Positions 1 through 8,608 of a stretch of 32,000 bases of DNA are shown piece by piece. Numbering within the stretch: the stretch's first letter is position 1; each line of letters starts with the position of its first letter. The notes beneath the pieces were generated by a model. The model ran no database searches. It saw only the letters and a list, made by a program, of their open reading frames with translations, and was not told where the DNA came from. The position numbers and the translations under genes were made by a program. The stretch lies in contig NZ_SODD01000008.1 in assembly GCF_004365815.1 (NCBI RefSeq), forward strand, positions 1 through 32,000, in the 5' to 3' direction. The stretch comes from Breznakia blatticola (GTDB lineage: Bacteria > Bacillota_I > Bacilli_A > Erysipelotrichales > Erysipelotrichaceae).

Positions 1-439
1 TACCATCACAAGAAATGCTTTAAAGACACATAAATTATTCAGTACTTATCAGTGATTTATCGAGACTTGGTATGCACTGGTTGAATTAAGCCAAATAATT
101 ATTAATCCTAAAAATGTTTCCTTATTCAAGTTAGCTTATTCAAATAAATCGTAAAAAAGGGCTGTAACGAAATAGATTGATTTATAATCTATTGAAGTTT
201 ATCAGACTCTTTTTTTCGTTTTAGTGTAAATATACGAAAATACCATTCCTGATAAACAACACAGAAACTTTGTTTACAATATGCCTGTATTTGTTTTGCA
301 CTGAATGATAATTGAATTACACTTTATCATCTTATAGTGTCGATTGAGTAATTACACTCTTGATATAGATATTTGTGCATATTTATAAGAGATTTTTCTA
401 CAATGAATATGAAATTCTATAGCATAATTAAAAATGAAT

Positions 440-478
440 ATAAGAAAAGATGATCTATCAAAGGATAAATCATCTTCA
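440..478 (-). terminator. Putative intrinsic terminator downstream of ponA
   Basis: Read on the minus strand just after the stop at 486. An 8-bp stem (447-454 pairs with 469-476, AAGATGAT/ATCATCTT) has a 14-nt loop and is followed by a T-rich tract. Confidence 0.5.
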
Positions 479-485
479 TATGTGA

Positions 486-3362
486 TTAGTCTGCTTTTTT
501 AGTACCTACAGCAATAATATAAGATTTAGATGCATCTAAGATGTCACCAACTTTTATTGTTGTAGCTTTACCCATCGTACCCATTTTTGCTGTTGGGTCT
601 TCTACGATGACATAGTTTTTCACATCTGGGAAGTTTGCACTCATATATGTATCAACTCTAGCTTTTACTTCAGTAGCTGTAAGTCCTTCTTGGAATAGAT
701 TTAGAAATTCAGTTCCTACTGGAGTTGCTTTTTTATCAACAGTTACTGAAGCACATACTTCTTTTGATTTTGTGTCAGTTTTTGAATATTGATAGAATCC
801 GCAAACTTCAACAGTATCACCATTTTTAGCATTTGATGGTAACTTTTCGTATACACCTTTATCAGATGTACCAGTAAATGTTTCGATGGCTGTACCATTT
901 AGTTTTACTGTAAATTTATACTGTACGACTCCAAAGATAAATGACTTATCAAACCACAGTTTACCAGTTTTTGTTATACCTTTTGCAGTCATAGATTTTG
1001 TATGACTCTTTTCTTCTAGTGCACTTGCATCAGGATATGCACTCATTGCATATTCTACTTTACCATCTTTGTATGTAACGGTAATTGATGAAGGATCACT
1101 TAGTGGGTCTGCTGCAATTGCTTTTAGATTACCAGCATATTTCTTTAAGATATACGCTTTTGTATCATTGTTTGCTGTTGTTGCATATGGCCAAGTACCT
1201 TTTGTATAACTAATACTTGATACATCAGCAGGTTGTGCAAACATTTCTTTTGATGCGTCTTCACCATTATTCGTAATATGGTCTAGCATGGTTCTAGCAA
1301 TACGACCTTCTAAATTCCAATTGTAAAGTTTATATTCATCTAGATAGTTGTCTTCTCCAGGCACACCTTTATCATATCCAGCCCAAACGGAAACTGTATA
1401 TTTGTCAGTATATCCAACAATCCATTTGTCCTTTCCTGCACCTTTTGGATATTTAAGTGTTGGGTCATCATCCTCATAAGATGAAGTTCCTGTTTTGGCA
1501 TAAATGCGATATCCTGAGTTAGTGAATGAATTAATATTTCCCCAACCTTCATCTACAGCACCTGCTAACATATATGACATTAGCCATGCTGCTCCTTCAG
1601 AATATACATCAGTTTTTTCAGTTTTTGCTTTATATGTTTTTATTGTTGTATCTTGGAATTTTACTTCTTTTACCGAGTATGGAGTTACACGTTGTCCTTT
1701 ATTGGCGAATGTAGTGTATGCTTCAGCTAATTGTAGTGTTGTCATACGTAAATCTCCACCACCAATAGAATATCCCATTACGAAGTTTTCAACGACATCT
1801 TCTGGAATACCAAGTTTTCTCATGTAATCTTGTACACCGTCAATACCAATTGTATTTACAAGTTCCTGTAAGGTTTTGAATGCAGGGACGTTAAGCGAGT
1901 GGTTAATTGCTTCACGTAAGTCTAAGTCACCTCTAAATTGATCATCTGCATTCCATAGAATATCAGTGTCAGTATAGGCTGTTGGACCATCTTCAATAAC
2001 ATGTTCTGTTGAATATCCTAAGTTATCAAATGCTGCAGCATATTCAATAATTGGTTTTGCAGTTGATCCAGGTTGTTGGTCTAAATCCCATGCACGGTTT
2101 TTTGTGATATCCCCGCGTCCACCACCGAAAGCGAGTATTTCACCGGTTTGATTGTTCATTAATGTGAATCCCGTTTGATAACGTTCATCGTATTGTTCAT
2201 TGATATTAAATGGAGTACCTGTATAATCGACCGCTTCACTATTACAGATGCTATCTGCAAGTTGCTGTGACTCGATATCCATTGTTGTATAAATATCCAT
2301 TGGTGTTGTATATGGATCATATCCAGTTTTCTCAAGTACTTCATTTGCAGCGTACGTAATAAAACTTTGGTATTCATCTACCTGAAATTGTGCAGCACCA
2401 CTTAATTGAAATGATAAATCTTCAGATACAGCAACTTTGTACTCTTGTTCACTGATATATCCGTGATTCAACATTTGATATAGCGTGTCATTACGACGTT
2501 CAATTGCTGCATCGTAATGGTTAACAGTAACTACAGCAGTTTGTTGGCCTGCTTCATTGAGAATCGGCTCACCATTTTCATCAACCTGTGCATATGATGT
2601 TACACCATTATACGGGTTGTTTGTGGCAGGGGCGTTAATTACACCAGCTAAGAAAGCGGCTTCTCCTAAATTGATATCACTAACCGATTTACCAAAATAG
2701 TATTCTGCACCTTTTTCAATCCCTCGAGCAGGACCTCCAAAGTTAATCTTATTTAAATAGTTTTCTAAGATATCGTTTTTGCTTTCTTCTGCTTCAAGCT
2801 CCATCGAATTAAAAATCTCTTGAATTTTCCATTCGATTTTCGTTAATGTATTCGCTTCATTTTTTTCTTCTTCTGTTAATTGAAGCATGTTTGCATTATC
2901 AACAAGTTGCATAGTTAATGTAGAACCACCTTGGCGGATTCCACCAGCTCCAACGTTGATGACACCTGATTTAATAAAGCGGGGTAAGTCAAATCCGTTA
3001 TGTTCAAAATAACGAGAATCTTCTACCGCTAAGAATGCATCAATTACATTATTTGGAATTTCCTCTAATTTTACGTTTTCACGAATTCCATCTCCCATGG
3101 AAAGGGTTGTTATTAAACTTCCATCAATCGCAAACATGCGGGTTGAAGCATTCGCTGTTAATTCACTGCGGTCATTTTGCTTCTTTGATAAGATGTCTTG
3201 CAACATCACAAAACCTGTTACACTTACAAGCATCATCCCAGCTAGGATAATGATACAGATCGTATTAACGACACGACGTCCAGTTAATTTTGATTTTGTT
3301 TTTGTTTTTTGACCATTACTTGGTTTTGACCTTTTTGGCGTATTTATTTTTTTATTTGCCAT
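486..3362 (-). CDS. ponA: Class A penicillin-binding protein (bifunctional glycosyltransferase/transpeptidase, PBP1A-like), 958 aa
   Basis: ORF call trimmed from 3398 to the ATG at 3362, which has AAGGAGG 6 nt upstream. N-terminal basic tail plus one TM anchor. GT51 motifs EDSRYFEHNGFD and GGSTLTMQ. Transpeptidase motifs STAK, SLN and KTGTS. Long beta-rich C-terminal extension. Sits downstream of recU as in B. subtilis. Confidence 0.95.
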   Translation of the reverse strand: MANKKINTPKRSKPSNGQKTKTKSKLTGRRVVNTICIIILAGMMLVSVTGFVMLQDILSKKQNDRSELTANASTRMFAIDGSLITTLSMGDGIRENVKLEEIPNNVIDAFLAVEDSRYFEHNGFDLPRFIKSGVINVGAGGIRQGGSTLTMQLVDNANMLQLTEEEKNEANTLTKIEWKIQEIFNSMELEAEESKNDILENYLNKINFGGPARGIEKGAEYYFGKSVSDINLGEAAFLAGVINAPATNNPYNGVTSYAQVDENGEPILNEAGQQTAVVTVNHYDAAIERRNDTLYQMLNHGYISEQEYKVAVSEDLSFQLSGAAQFQVDEYQSFITYAANEVLEKTGYDPYTTPMDIYTTMDIESQQLADSICNSEAVDYTGTPFNINEQYDERYQTGFTLMNNQTGEILAFGGGRGDITKNRAWDLDQQPGSTAKPIIEYAAAFDNLGYSTEHVIEDGPTAYTDTDILWNADDQFRGDLDLREAINHSLNVPAFKTLQELVNTIGIDGVQDYMRKLGIPEDVVENFVMGYSIGGGDLRMTTLQLAEAYTTFANKGQRVTPYSVKEVKFQDTTIKTYKAKTEKTDVYSEGAAWLMSYMLAGAVDEGWGNINSFTNSGYRIYAKTGTSSYEDDDPTLKYPKGAGKDKWIVGYTDKYTVSVWAGYDKGVPGEDNYLDEYKLYNWNLEGRIARTMLDHITNNGEDASKEMFAQPADVSSISYTKGTWPYATTANNDTKAYILKKYAGNLKAIAADPLSDPSSITVTYKDGKVEYAMSAYPDASALEEKSHTKSMTAKGITKTGKLWFDKSFIFGVVQYKFTVKLNGTAIETFTGTSDKGVYEKLPSNAKNGDTVEVCGFYQYSKTDTKSKEVCASVTVDKKATPVGTEFLNLFQEGLTATEVKARVDTYMSANFPDVKNYVIVEDPTAKMGTMGKATTIKVGDILDASKSYIIAVGTKKAD

Positions 3363-3933
3363 AAGAATCCTCCTTAAAGTATACTGCGTCCACCACATCT
3401 AAATATTTCAAACGTGGTGTATATGATTCATCAATTAAATATCCATGGGTTTGCACCTTTTTATAGGATATGGATTTATGTTGCTTTTCTTCATTGATGA
3501 TATATTCTGCATCAAGTAGATATGTCTCATTATACGCAATAAATCGTATAACTAGAAATGCAATTCCACCATGTTGCTTTACCGCACGTAAATGTGCGAT
3601 CTGGTGTTCATGAATATTGCGGAAGGCAAAAGAAGTTTTACTTGTAGTTTCTTTTGCTTCAAAGTCAATATACGTTGATCGATAAATCCCATTGTAATCA
3701 GTTGTACTTGGTGTTTTATAATAGGCTTCCACGATTTTTGCAGCGGTTCGTTTTGGATAGTCTACACGTACGATTTGTACAGGTGTCGGTTTCTTATAAA
3801 TTAGAGCACGACCTGTTTCTTTATAGAACGTATTCGAATCATTTAAATCTTTTTCCAAATTCATTCCTCTTTGATTACTTGTTGAGGAAATACTTTGAAC
3901 TGCTGGTTTTTTCTTTGTTGGATAGTTTATCAT
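3352..3933 (-). CDS. recU: Holliday junction resolvase RecU, 193 aa
   Basis: RecU-type core (YIDFEAKETTSKTSFAFRNIHEHQIAHL). AGGTGA Shine-Dalgarno before the ATG at 3933. The 3' end overlaps the ponA start by 11 nt, giving the conserved recU-ponA operon. Confidence 0.93.
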   Translation of the reverse strand: MINYPTKKKPAVQSISSTSNQRGMNLEKDLNDSNTFYKETGRALIYKKPTPVQIVRVDYPKRTAAKIVEAYYKTPSTTDYNGIYRSTYIDFEAKETTSKTSFAFRNIHEHQIAHLRAVKQHGGIAFLVIRFIAYNETYLLDAEYIINEEKQHKSISYKKVQTHGYLIDESYTPRLKYLDVVDAVYFKEDSYGK

Positions 3934-4044
3934 AATTTCACCTATTCTATATTATACACGAAAAATGCAAGGACAGTTATTAAAAAATGAGTGCACACAC
4001 TTGCTTTTTAATGTATAATTTGCGAAACTGAAGTAGGTGATATT

Positions 4045-4356
4045 ATGGAAAGATACAATTTGACGATTAAAGACATACTAGACAAGCAATTTCATGTGGA
4101 TATGAAAGGGTATGCAACTGGTGAAGTAGATAGTTTTTTAGATAAAATTATTGAAGATTACGAAGCATATGGTGCCTTTATTGAAGAACTTGGGCAACAT
4201 TTACATCGTTATGAAGATGAAAATAAAAAACTACAAGCGAAAATCAAAGAGCTTGAAGCACAATTAAATTATGAATGTGATAAACAAAACCAAGTAGATT
4301 ATGTGGATTTGTTGAAGCGAATTTCAAATTTAGAAGCAGAAGTATTTAAAAGATAA
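4045..4356 (+). CDS. gpsB: Cell-cycle/divisome protein GpsB (DivIVA-domain protein), 103 aa
   Basis: N-terminal DivIVA domain (LTIKDILDKQFHVDMKGYATGEVDSFLDKIIEDYE) followed by a coiled coil. AGGTGA SD. Divergent from recU and directly upstream of rnpB, as in B. subtilis. Confidence 0.9.
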   Translation: MERYNLTIKDILDKQFHVDMKGYATGEVDSFLDKIIEDYEAYGAFIEELGQHLHRYEDENKKLQAKIKELEAQLNYECDKQNQVDYVDLLKRISNLEAEVFKR

Positions 4357-4692
4357 CGCAGGGTAATCGCTGCTTGCAAAAGTAGAGGAAAGTCCATGCT
4401 CGCACAATCTGTGATGATTGTAGTGTTTGTGCTAGATAAAAAAATAAATCTAGGTAGCGAAAGCTAACGGCTGACAAAATCCTAAGGGCAACTATGGATG
4501 GCGTCTTTAAAAGTGCCACAGTGACGATGCTTTATGGAAACGTAAAGACTGGAACGGGTAAACCCCACAAGCGAGAAACCCAAATATTGGTAGGGGAACT
4601 CTAGCGAACGAACCGAAGTTCAATAGGGACACGTAAGTGTAGATAAATGGTTACCACTCTTCGGAGTACAGAACATGGCTTATATGCGTTAT
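4353..4692 (+). ncRNA. rnpB: RNase P RNA (bacterial, Firmicute/type-B-like)
   Basis: Conserved blocks match B. subtilis rnpB: GGGTAATCGCTGC, GAGGAAAGTCCATGCTCGCAC, AAAGTGCCACAGTGACGA, GGTAAACCCC, AAGCGAGAAACCCAAAT, TTGGTAGGGGAAC and ACAGAACATGGCTTA. The P1 helix is ATAACGCA (4353-4360) paired with TGCGTTAT (4685-4692). Ends are approximate, within about 5 nt. Confidence 0.9.
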
Positions 4693-4697
4693 TTACA

Positions 4698-4724
4698 AGG
4701 GAAACTCCGGTTTCCTTTTTGTTT
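4698..4724 (+). terminator. Intrinsic terminator after rnpB
   Basis: GGGAAAC (4699-4705), loop TCCG, GTTTCC (4710-4715), then TTTTTGTTTT. Confidence 0.7.
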
Positions 4725-4782
4725 TACTTATCCAACTTAAGTTGCTATAATAGTGTAGAGTATGCATATTTCGAGGTGTGAT

Positions 4783-5745
4783 ATGAAAGAAATTGGACAA
4801 CAATTAAAGGATATAAGATTAAAGAAAAAATATACATATGCGGATATTGAAAAGATGACAAAAATGCGCCCTGATCAAATTGAGGCGATTGAGAATGGAG
4901 ATTTCGATTTTTTCGAAAATGATATTAGTTATCTTAGATTTTATGTGCGTAAGTATGCGGAAGTATTAGGTGTGAATTTCGATGATATTCGTGATGCTTA
5001 TGATACAAGCGTTGAAGAATACACACAAACATTATCAATGAAAGCCATCCAAGAGCGTGAAGAATTGGATCAAAACATTAAACAAAGACGTGAAGTACCA
5101 AAGGCTCATACCTATACAGAGCCACCAGTTAGCGCAAATAAAGATTTAAAATCAATTCGACAAAACGTGAAACAATCATCTCGTTTCCGTAAAAGCAAAG
5201 TAGATATTTCACTGATTTCATTATTAGTGATTGTCGTTGTGATTGTTGGAGTGATTATTTTTGCGGTGTTTAACAATGTATTTGCACCAGATGATTCAAG
5301 TGCAAATAATGACAAGCAAAGTGAAGTAACACCGACACCAACACCAGAAAAAGATAATGGTGATACAGATGAAACAAAAAAAGAACAAGAACAAGAAAAA
5401 AACAGTGTTGTATTTACGCAAGTAAATCCTTCAACATATGATATTACGGGTGTAAAACTTAACGATCCTTTGGAATTAGATATTCGTTTAGAAAATGGAA
5501 CAGAATCTTGGATTCGTGTATATCTTAATGGACAAGAAGTGATTATTGGTGATGTTTATAACAGCACAAGTAAAATTGTTTATACAGGAACTGCAGGTGC
5601 AAATGACATCTATACGATTAATTTTGGAAACTATGCAGATCAAAAAGTAAGTATATATATCAATGGGACAAAAATGACAATTGATCCTAGCGTTGCCGCA
5701 AATGGAAACGTATTAGATATAACACTTAATGTGAAAGGTCAGTAA
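4783..5745 (+). CDS. rodZ: RodZ-like cytoskeleton/morphogenesis protein (HTH + TM + DUF4115-like C-terminal domain), 320 aa
   Basis: ORF call trimmed to the ATG at 4783 (GAGGTG SD 4 nt upstream). XRE-type HTH (IGQQLKDIRLKKKYTYADIEKMTKMRPDQIEAIENG). Single TM (ISLISLLVIVVVIVGVIIFAVF). T/P/E-rich linker and a beta-rich C-terminal domain. Occupies the B. subtilis ymfM position upstream of pgsA-cinA-recA. Confidence 0.8.
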   Translation: MKEIGQQLKDIRLKKKYTYADIEKMTKMRPDQIEAIENGDFDFFENDISYLRFYVRKYAEVLGVNFDDIRDAYDTSVEEYTQTLSMKAIQEREELDQNIKQRREVPKAHTYTEPPVSANKDLKSIRQNVKQSSRFRKSKVDISLISLLVIVVVIVGVIIFAVFNNVFAPDDSSANNDKQSEVTPTPTPEKDNGDTDETKKEQEQEKNSVVFTQVNPSTYDITGVKLNDPLELDIRLENGTESWIRVYLNGQEVIIGDVYNSTSKIVYTGTAGANDIYTINFGNYADQKVSIYINGTKMTIDPSVAANGNVLDITLNVKGQ

Positions 5746-5747
5746 CT

Positions 5748-6326
5748 ATGAATTTACCTAATAAATTATCATTGTTTCGGGTGGTATTAGTTCCAATTAT
5801 TGTTTGTGTTTATGTAATTGACATGAACTTAGGAAACATACATATCATGGATACATTACTTCCAGTGAAAAATGTAATTGCATTGCTTATCTTTGCAGTT
5901 GCATCATTTACTGATTTTCTAGATGGCTATATTGCAAGAAAATATCAGTTAATAACAAGCTTTGGAAAATTTATCGATCCGATTGCAGATAAATTATTAG
6001 TGAATACACTATTTATTCTGCTTGCAGTTAGTGGACAAGTAAGTGTTGTGCCTGTTGTAATTATGATTTGGCGTGATACCTTAGTTGATGGAATGCGTAT
6101 GATGGCAGCACAAAAAGGTATCGTCGTAGCTGCAGGTATTTGGGGGAAATTAAAAACGGTATTACAAATGTTTGCCATTATCTTTGTCCTACTTGCAAAT
6201 GTTCCATTTGTTGCTGTAGGAATTCCAGTAGATCAAATACTTGTTTACGCAGCAACCCTTGTTTCTGTAATTAGTGGAATCAAGTATTTCATGGAAATGA
6301 AAGAATTTATCTTGGAGAGTAAATAA
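5748..6326 (+). CDS. pgsA: CDP-diacylglycerol--glycerol-3-phosphate 3-phosphatidyltransferase, 192 aa
   Basis: CDP-alcohol phosphatidyltransferase motif DFLDGYIARK...GKFIDPIADKL. Multi-TM protein in conserved synteny. Confidence 0.93.
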   Translation: MNLPNKLSLFRVVLVPIIVCVYVIDMNLGNIHIMDTLLPVKNVIALLIFAVASFTDFLDGYIARKYQLITSFGKFIDPIADKLLVNTLFILLAVSGQVSVVPVVIMIWRDTLVDGMRMMAAQKGIVVAAGIWGKLKTVLQMFAIIFVLLANVPFVAVGIPVDQILVYAATLVSVISGIKYFMEMKEFILESK

Positions 6327-6784
6327 TGAAGGAACTTGTTGCTAGACTACAACAACATCAACTTACTATCGCCACCGTCGAGTCACTCACTGGTGGCTTG
6401 TTATGTGCTAAGATAAGTGAAGTGCCAGGAGCAAGTAAAGTTCTTAAAGGTGGTTTTGTCACCTATATGAGTGAAGTAAAAGAGCATGTCTTGGGTATCG
6501 ATCCTAATTTGATTGAAACTTATGGAGTAGTAAGTAAAGAGTGTGCAAAGGCTATGGCAATACAAGGTGCAAAACAGATCGAAGCAAACATTGTACTGTC
6601 ATGCACTGGAAATGCTGGACCAGATGTACTAGAAGGAAAAGCTGTAGGTTTAGTAGATATGGCAATTTATTACGATAAAGATGTATATGTATTTGAAGAA
6701 ATATTTCCAGGAAACCGTAATGAAGTAAGAGAACAAGTATGTGCATATTTAGCGCATAAAGTTTTAGATATTCTAGGAAAATAA
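6326..6784 (+). CDS. cinA: CinA C-terminal-domain protein (nicotinamide-nucleotide amidase PncC-like), 152 aa
   Basis: Motif [39 protein letters not shown] stop/start overlap with pgsA. Sits immediately upstream of recA. The N-terminal MoCF-type domain of full-length CinA is absent. Confidence 0.85.
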   Translation: MKELVARLQQHQLTIATVESLTGGLLCAKISEVPGASKVLKGGFVTYMSEVKEHVLGIDPNLIETYGVVSKECAKAMAIQGAKQIEANIVLSCTGNAGPDVLEGKAVGLVDMAIYYDKDVYVFEEIFPGNRNEVREQVCAYLAHKVLDILGK

Positions 6785-6821
6785 GAAAACCAGACAAATA
6801 TATAAGAAACAGGAGGAAATC

Positions 6822-7856
6822 ATGGCAACAAAAAAAGTAGATGATAAAAAAGCAGAAGACAAAAAAGATGCCTTACTAAGTGATGCAATAAGTGCGATTG
6901 AAAAACAATTTGGTAAAGGTTCAATTATGAAACTTGGAGATCGTGCAAATGTTTCAGTAGATGCAATCAGTTCGGGAAGTATTAAACTTGATGAAGCATT
7001 AGGTATTGGTGGATATCCAAAAGGAAGAATCATTGAAATCTATGGTCCAGAATCAAGTGGGAAGACAACTTTAGCGCTACATGCAATTGCTGAGGTACAA
7101 AAAAAAGGTGGACGTGCTGCATTTATTGATGTTGAAAATGCCATTGATCCTTTATATGCAAAAAATCTAGGTGTAAATATTGATGAACTTGTTTTATCAC
7201 AACCAGATTCAGGAGAACAGGCATTAGAAATTTGTGAGATGTTAATTCGTTCTGGTGCAATTGATCTAGTGGTAGTCGATTCAGTTGCTGCTCTTGTTCC
7301 TCAAGCTGAACTTGATGGGGAAATGGGAGATTTGCAAGTCGGTTTACAAGCGCGTTTAATGTCAAAAGCAATGCGTAAATTAGCTGGTGTCATGAACAAA
7401 AGTGAATGTACAGCATTATTTATTAACCAACTTCGTGAAAAAGTAGGAATCATGTTTGGAAACCCAGAAACAACACCTGGTGGACGTGCGTTAAAATTCT
7501 ACTCTTCTGTACGTATTGATATTCGCCGTAGTGAAGCGATTAAAATTGGAACGGAAGTAGTTGGAAATAAAGTAAACATTAAAGTTGTAAAAAACAAAGT
7601 TGCACCTCCATTTAAAGTTGCACAAGTGGAAATTATGTATGGAGAAGGAATCTCATTTGTTGGAGAAGTTCTTGATTTAGCTGTAGATCATGACATTGTG
7701 CAAAAAAGTGGTGCATGGTTCTCTTATAAAGGGGATAAAATAGCACAAGGTAAAGAAAGTGCGAAAGCATATTTAAAAGAAAACAAGGATGTGATGGAAG
7801 AAATCTCACAACTTGTTCGTGAAGCAATTCGTCCAAAAGAAGAAGCTGCTGCGTAA
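6822..7856 (+). CDS. recA: Recombinase RecA, 344 aa
   Basis: Walker [10 protein letters not shown]. Canonical RecA blocks ([60 protein letters not shown]). AGGAGG SD. Confidence 0.98.
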   Translation: MATKKVDDKKAEDKKDALLSDAISAIEKQFGKGSIMKLGDRANVSVDAISSGSIKLDEALGIGGYPKGRIIEIYGPESSGKTTLALHAIAEVQKKGGRAAFIDVENAIDPLYAKNLGVNIDELVLSQPDSGEQALEICEMLIRSGAIDLVVVDSVAALVPQAELDGEMGDLQVGLQARLMSKAMRKLAGVMNKSECTALFINQLREKVGIMFGNPETTPGGRALKFYSSVRIDIRRSEAIKIGTEVVGNKVNIKVVKNKVAPPFKVAQVEIMYGEGISFVGEVLDLAVDHDIVQKSGAWFSYKGDKIAQGKESAKAYLKENKDVMEEISQLVREAIRPKEEAAA

Positions 7857-7870
7857 TTGAATATAAAAAA

Positions 7871-7906
7871 GATGAAGTTTCGTTAATTGAAACTTCATCT
7901 TTTTTT
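7871..7906 (+). terminator. Intrinsic terminator after recA
   Basis: Perfect 11-bp stem GATGAAGTTTC/GAAACTTCATC with a 7-nt loop, followed by a T7 tract. Confidence 0.8.
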
Positions 7907-7958
7907 ACTCTATAAAGAAACTATGGTAAAGTGAAATTACATTAAGGAGGACACAATC

Positions 7959-8012
7959 ATGAAAAAACGAATACATATCACAAAAAATAACGGAGGAAAA
8001 GATACACAATAG
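7959..8012 (+). CDS. 17-codon upstream ORF (MKKRIHITKNNGGKDTQ), possible coupling or leader ORF for the GNAT gene
   Basis: Strong AAGGAGG SD 8 nt upstream of the ATG. The stop codon abuts a hairpin that sequesters the downstream gene's SD. No homology claim is made. Confidence 0.3.
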   Translation: MKKRIHITKNNGGKDTQ

Positions 8013-8029
8013 CCTCCACGAAGGGAGGC
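8012..8029 (+). promoter_or_regulatory. RBS-sequestering hairpin in front of the GNAT gene
   Basis: GCCTCC (8012-8017), loop ACGAAG, GGAGGC (8024-8029). The 3' arm is the SD (GGGAGG) for the TTG start at 8034. The 5' arm begins at the last base of the uORF stop codon. Confidence 0.4.
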
Positions 8030-8033
8030 AAAT

Positions 8034-8597
8034 TTGAAAATTAAAACAGATAAAATTGTATTACGAACAATTGAAGCAAGTGATATTGATGCATTATATA
8101 AAATTGCATATCAAGGAGATTTGGAGTGGATGAAATGGAATGGTCCATATTTCAAAGATCCAATGTATACCTATGAAGAATTTAGTCAGAAGATTGCACC
8201 AAGTACATATGTCAATTGCAAGGATTGTATGTTGGTGGAATATGAAGATAGAATCATCGGTCTAGTTACCTATTATTTTGATGATGGTAAACTTGCTAAA
8301 TGGCCAGAAGTAGGGATTTTACTTTATAGTAAAAAGGATTGGAACAAAGGGTTAGGTACGCACATTCTAAAGTTATGGATTCAATATGTGTTTACTAGTT
8401 TACCTGATATTGAACATGTTGGTTTTACTACATGGTCAAAAAATGTAGGAATGGCACGTGTAGGAGAGAAAGCAGGTATGCAACTGGAAGGAAGGATTCG
8501 TAAGGTACGCTACTGGGAAGATATGTACTGGGATTCTTTAAAATTTGGAATTTTAAGAGATGAATATGAAATAATTGAGCATCAAGTAGAAATGTAA
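8034..8597 (+). CDS. GNAT-family N-acetyltransferase (RimJ/RimL-like), 187 aa, TTG start
   Basis: Typical GNAT layout (KIVLRTIEASDIDALY ... IGLVTYYF ... WNKGLGTHILKLWIQYVF ... NVGMARVGEKAGMQLEGRIR). The next in-frame ATG lies inside the fold, so the TTG at 8034 with a GGGAGG SD is the only workable start. Confidence 0.85.
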   Translation: MKIKTDKIVLRTIEASDIDALYKIAYQGDLEWMKWNGPYFKDPMYTYEEFSQKIAPSTYVNCKDCMLVEYEDRIIGLVTYYFDDGKLAKWPEVGILLYSKKDWNKGLGTHILKLWIQYVFTSLPDIEHVGFTTWSKNVGMARVGEKAGMQLEGRIRKVRYWEDMYWDSLKFGILRDEYEIIEHQVEM

Positions 8598-8608
8598 AGG
8601 AGCAATTT

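Noticed and set aside
170-217. Hairpin AATAGATT/AATCTATT followed some 18 nt later by a T7 run, considered as a terminator of a gene left of the window.
   Set aside because: The T-run is not adjacent to the stem, and no coding region can be assigned on either side within the window. It is left unannotated and mentioned only within the finding on the intergenic region.
1504-1827. Antisense ORFs embedded in well-supported genes. Examples are 1504-1827(+), 3035-3312(+), 11322-11684(-), 21573-21953(-), 28217-28874(-) and 29096-29392(-).
   Set aside because: They lie opposite genes with strong family motifs, lack SD sequences, and have low-complexity, Leu/Ser/Ile-rich translations typical of antisense frames in AT-rich DNA.
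3363-3398. N-terminal extensions in the ORF-track calls for ponA 3398, rodZ 4762, rny 9242, ferredoxin 11664, miaB 11970, EIIB 17047, gntR 21283 and hisZ 26833.
   Set aside because: In each case an internal ATG (none is needed for the GNAT gene) has a proper SD at 5-9 nt and yields the canonical family N-terminus. The extensions lack an SD or run through promoters or terminators.
6730-6745. Possible LexA (Cheo) box upstream of recA: GAACAAGTATGTGC.
   Set aside because: It does not fit GAAC-N4-GTTC because the second half is ATGT. I saw no other GAAC-N4-GTTC between 6600 and 6821, so no SOS box is claimed. Absence judged by eye is weak evidence.
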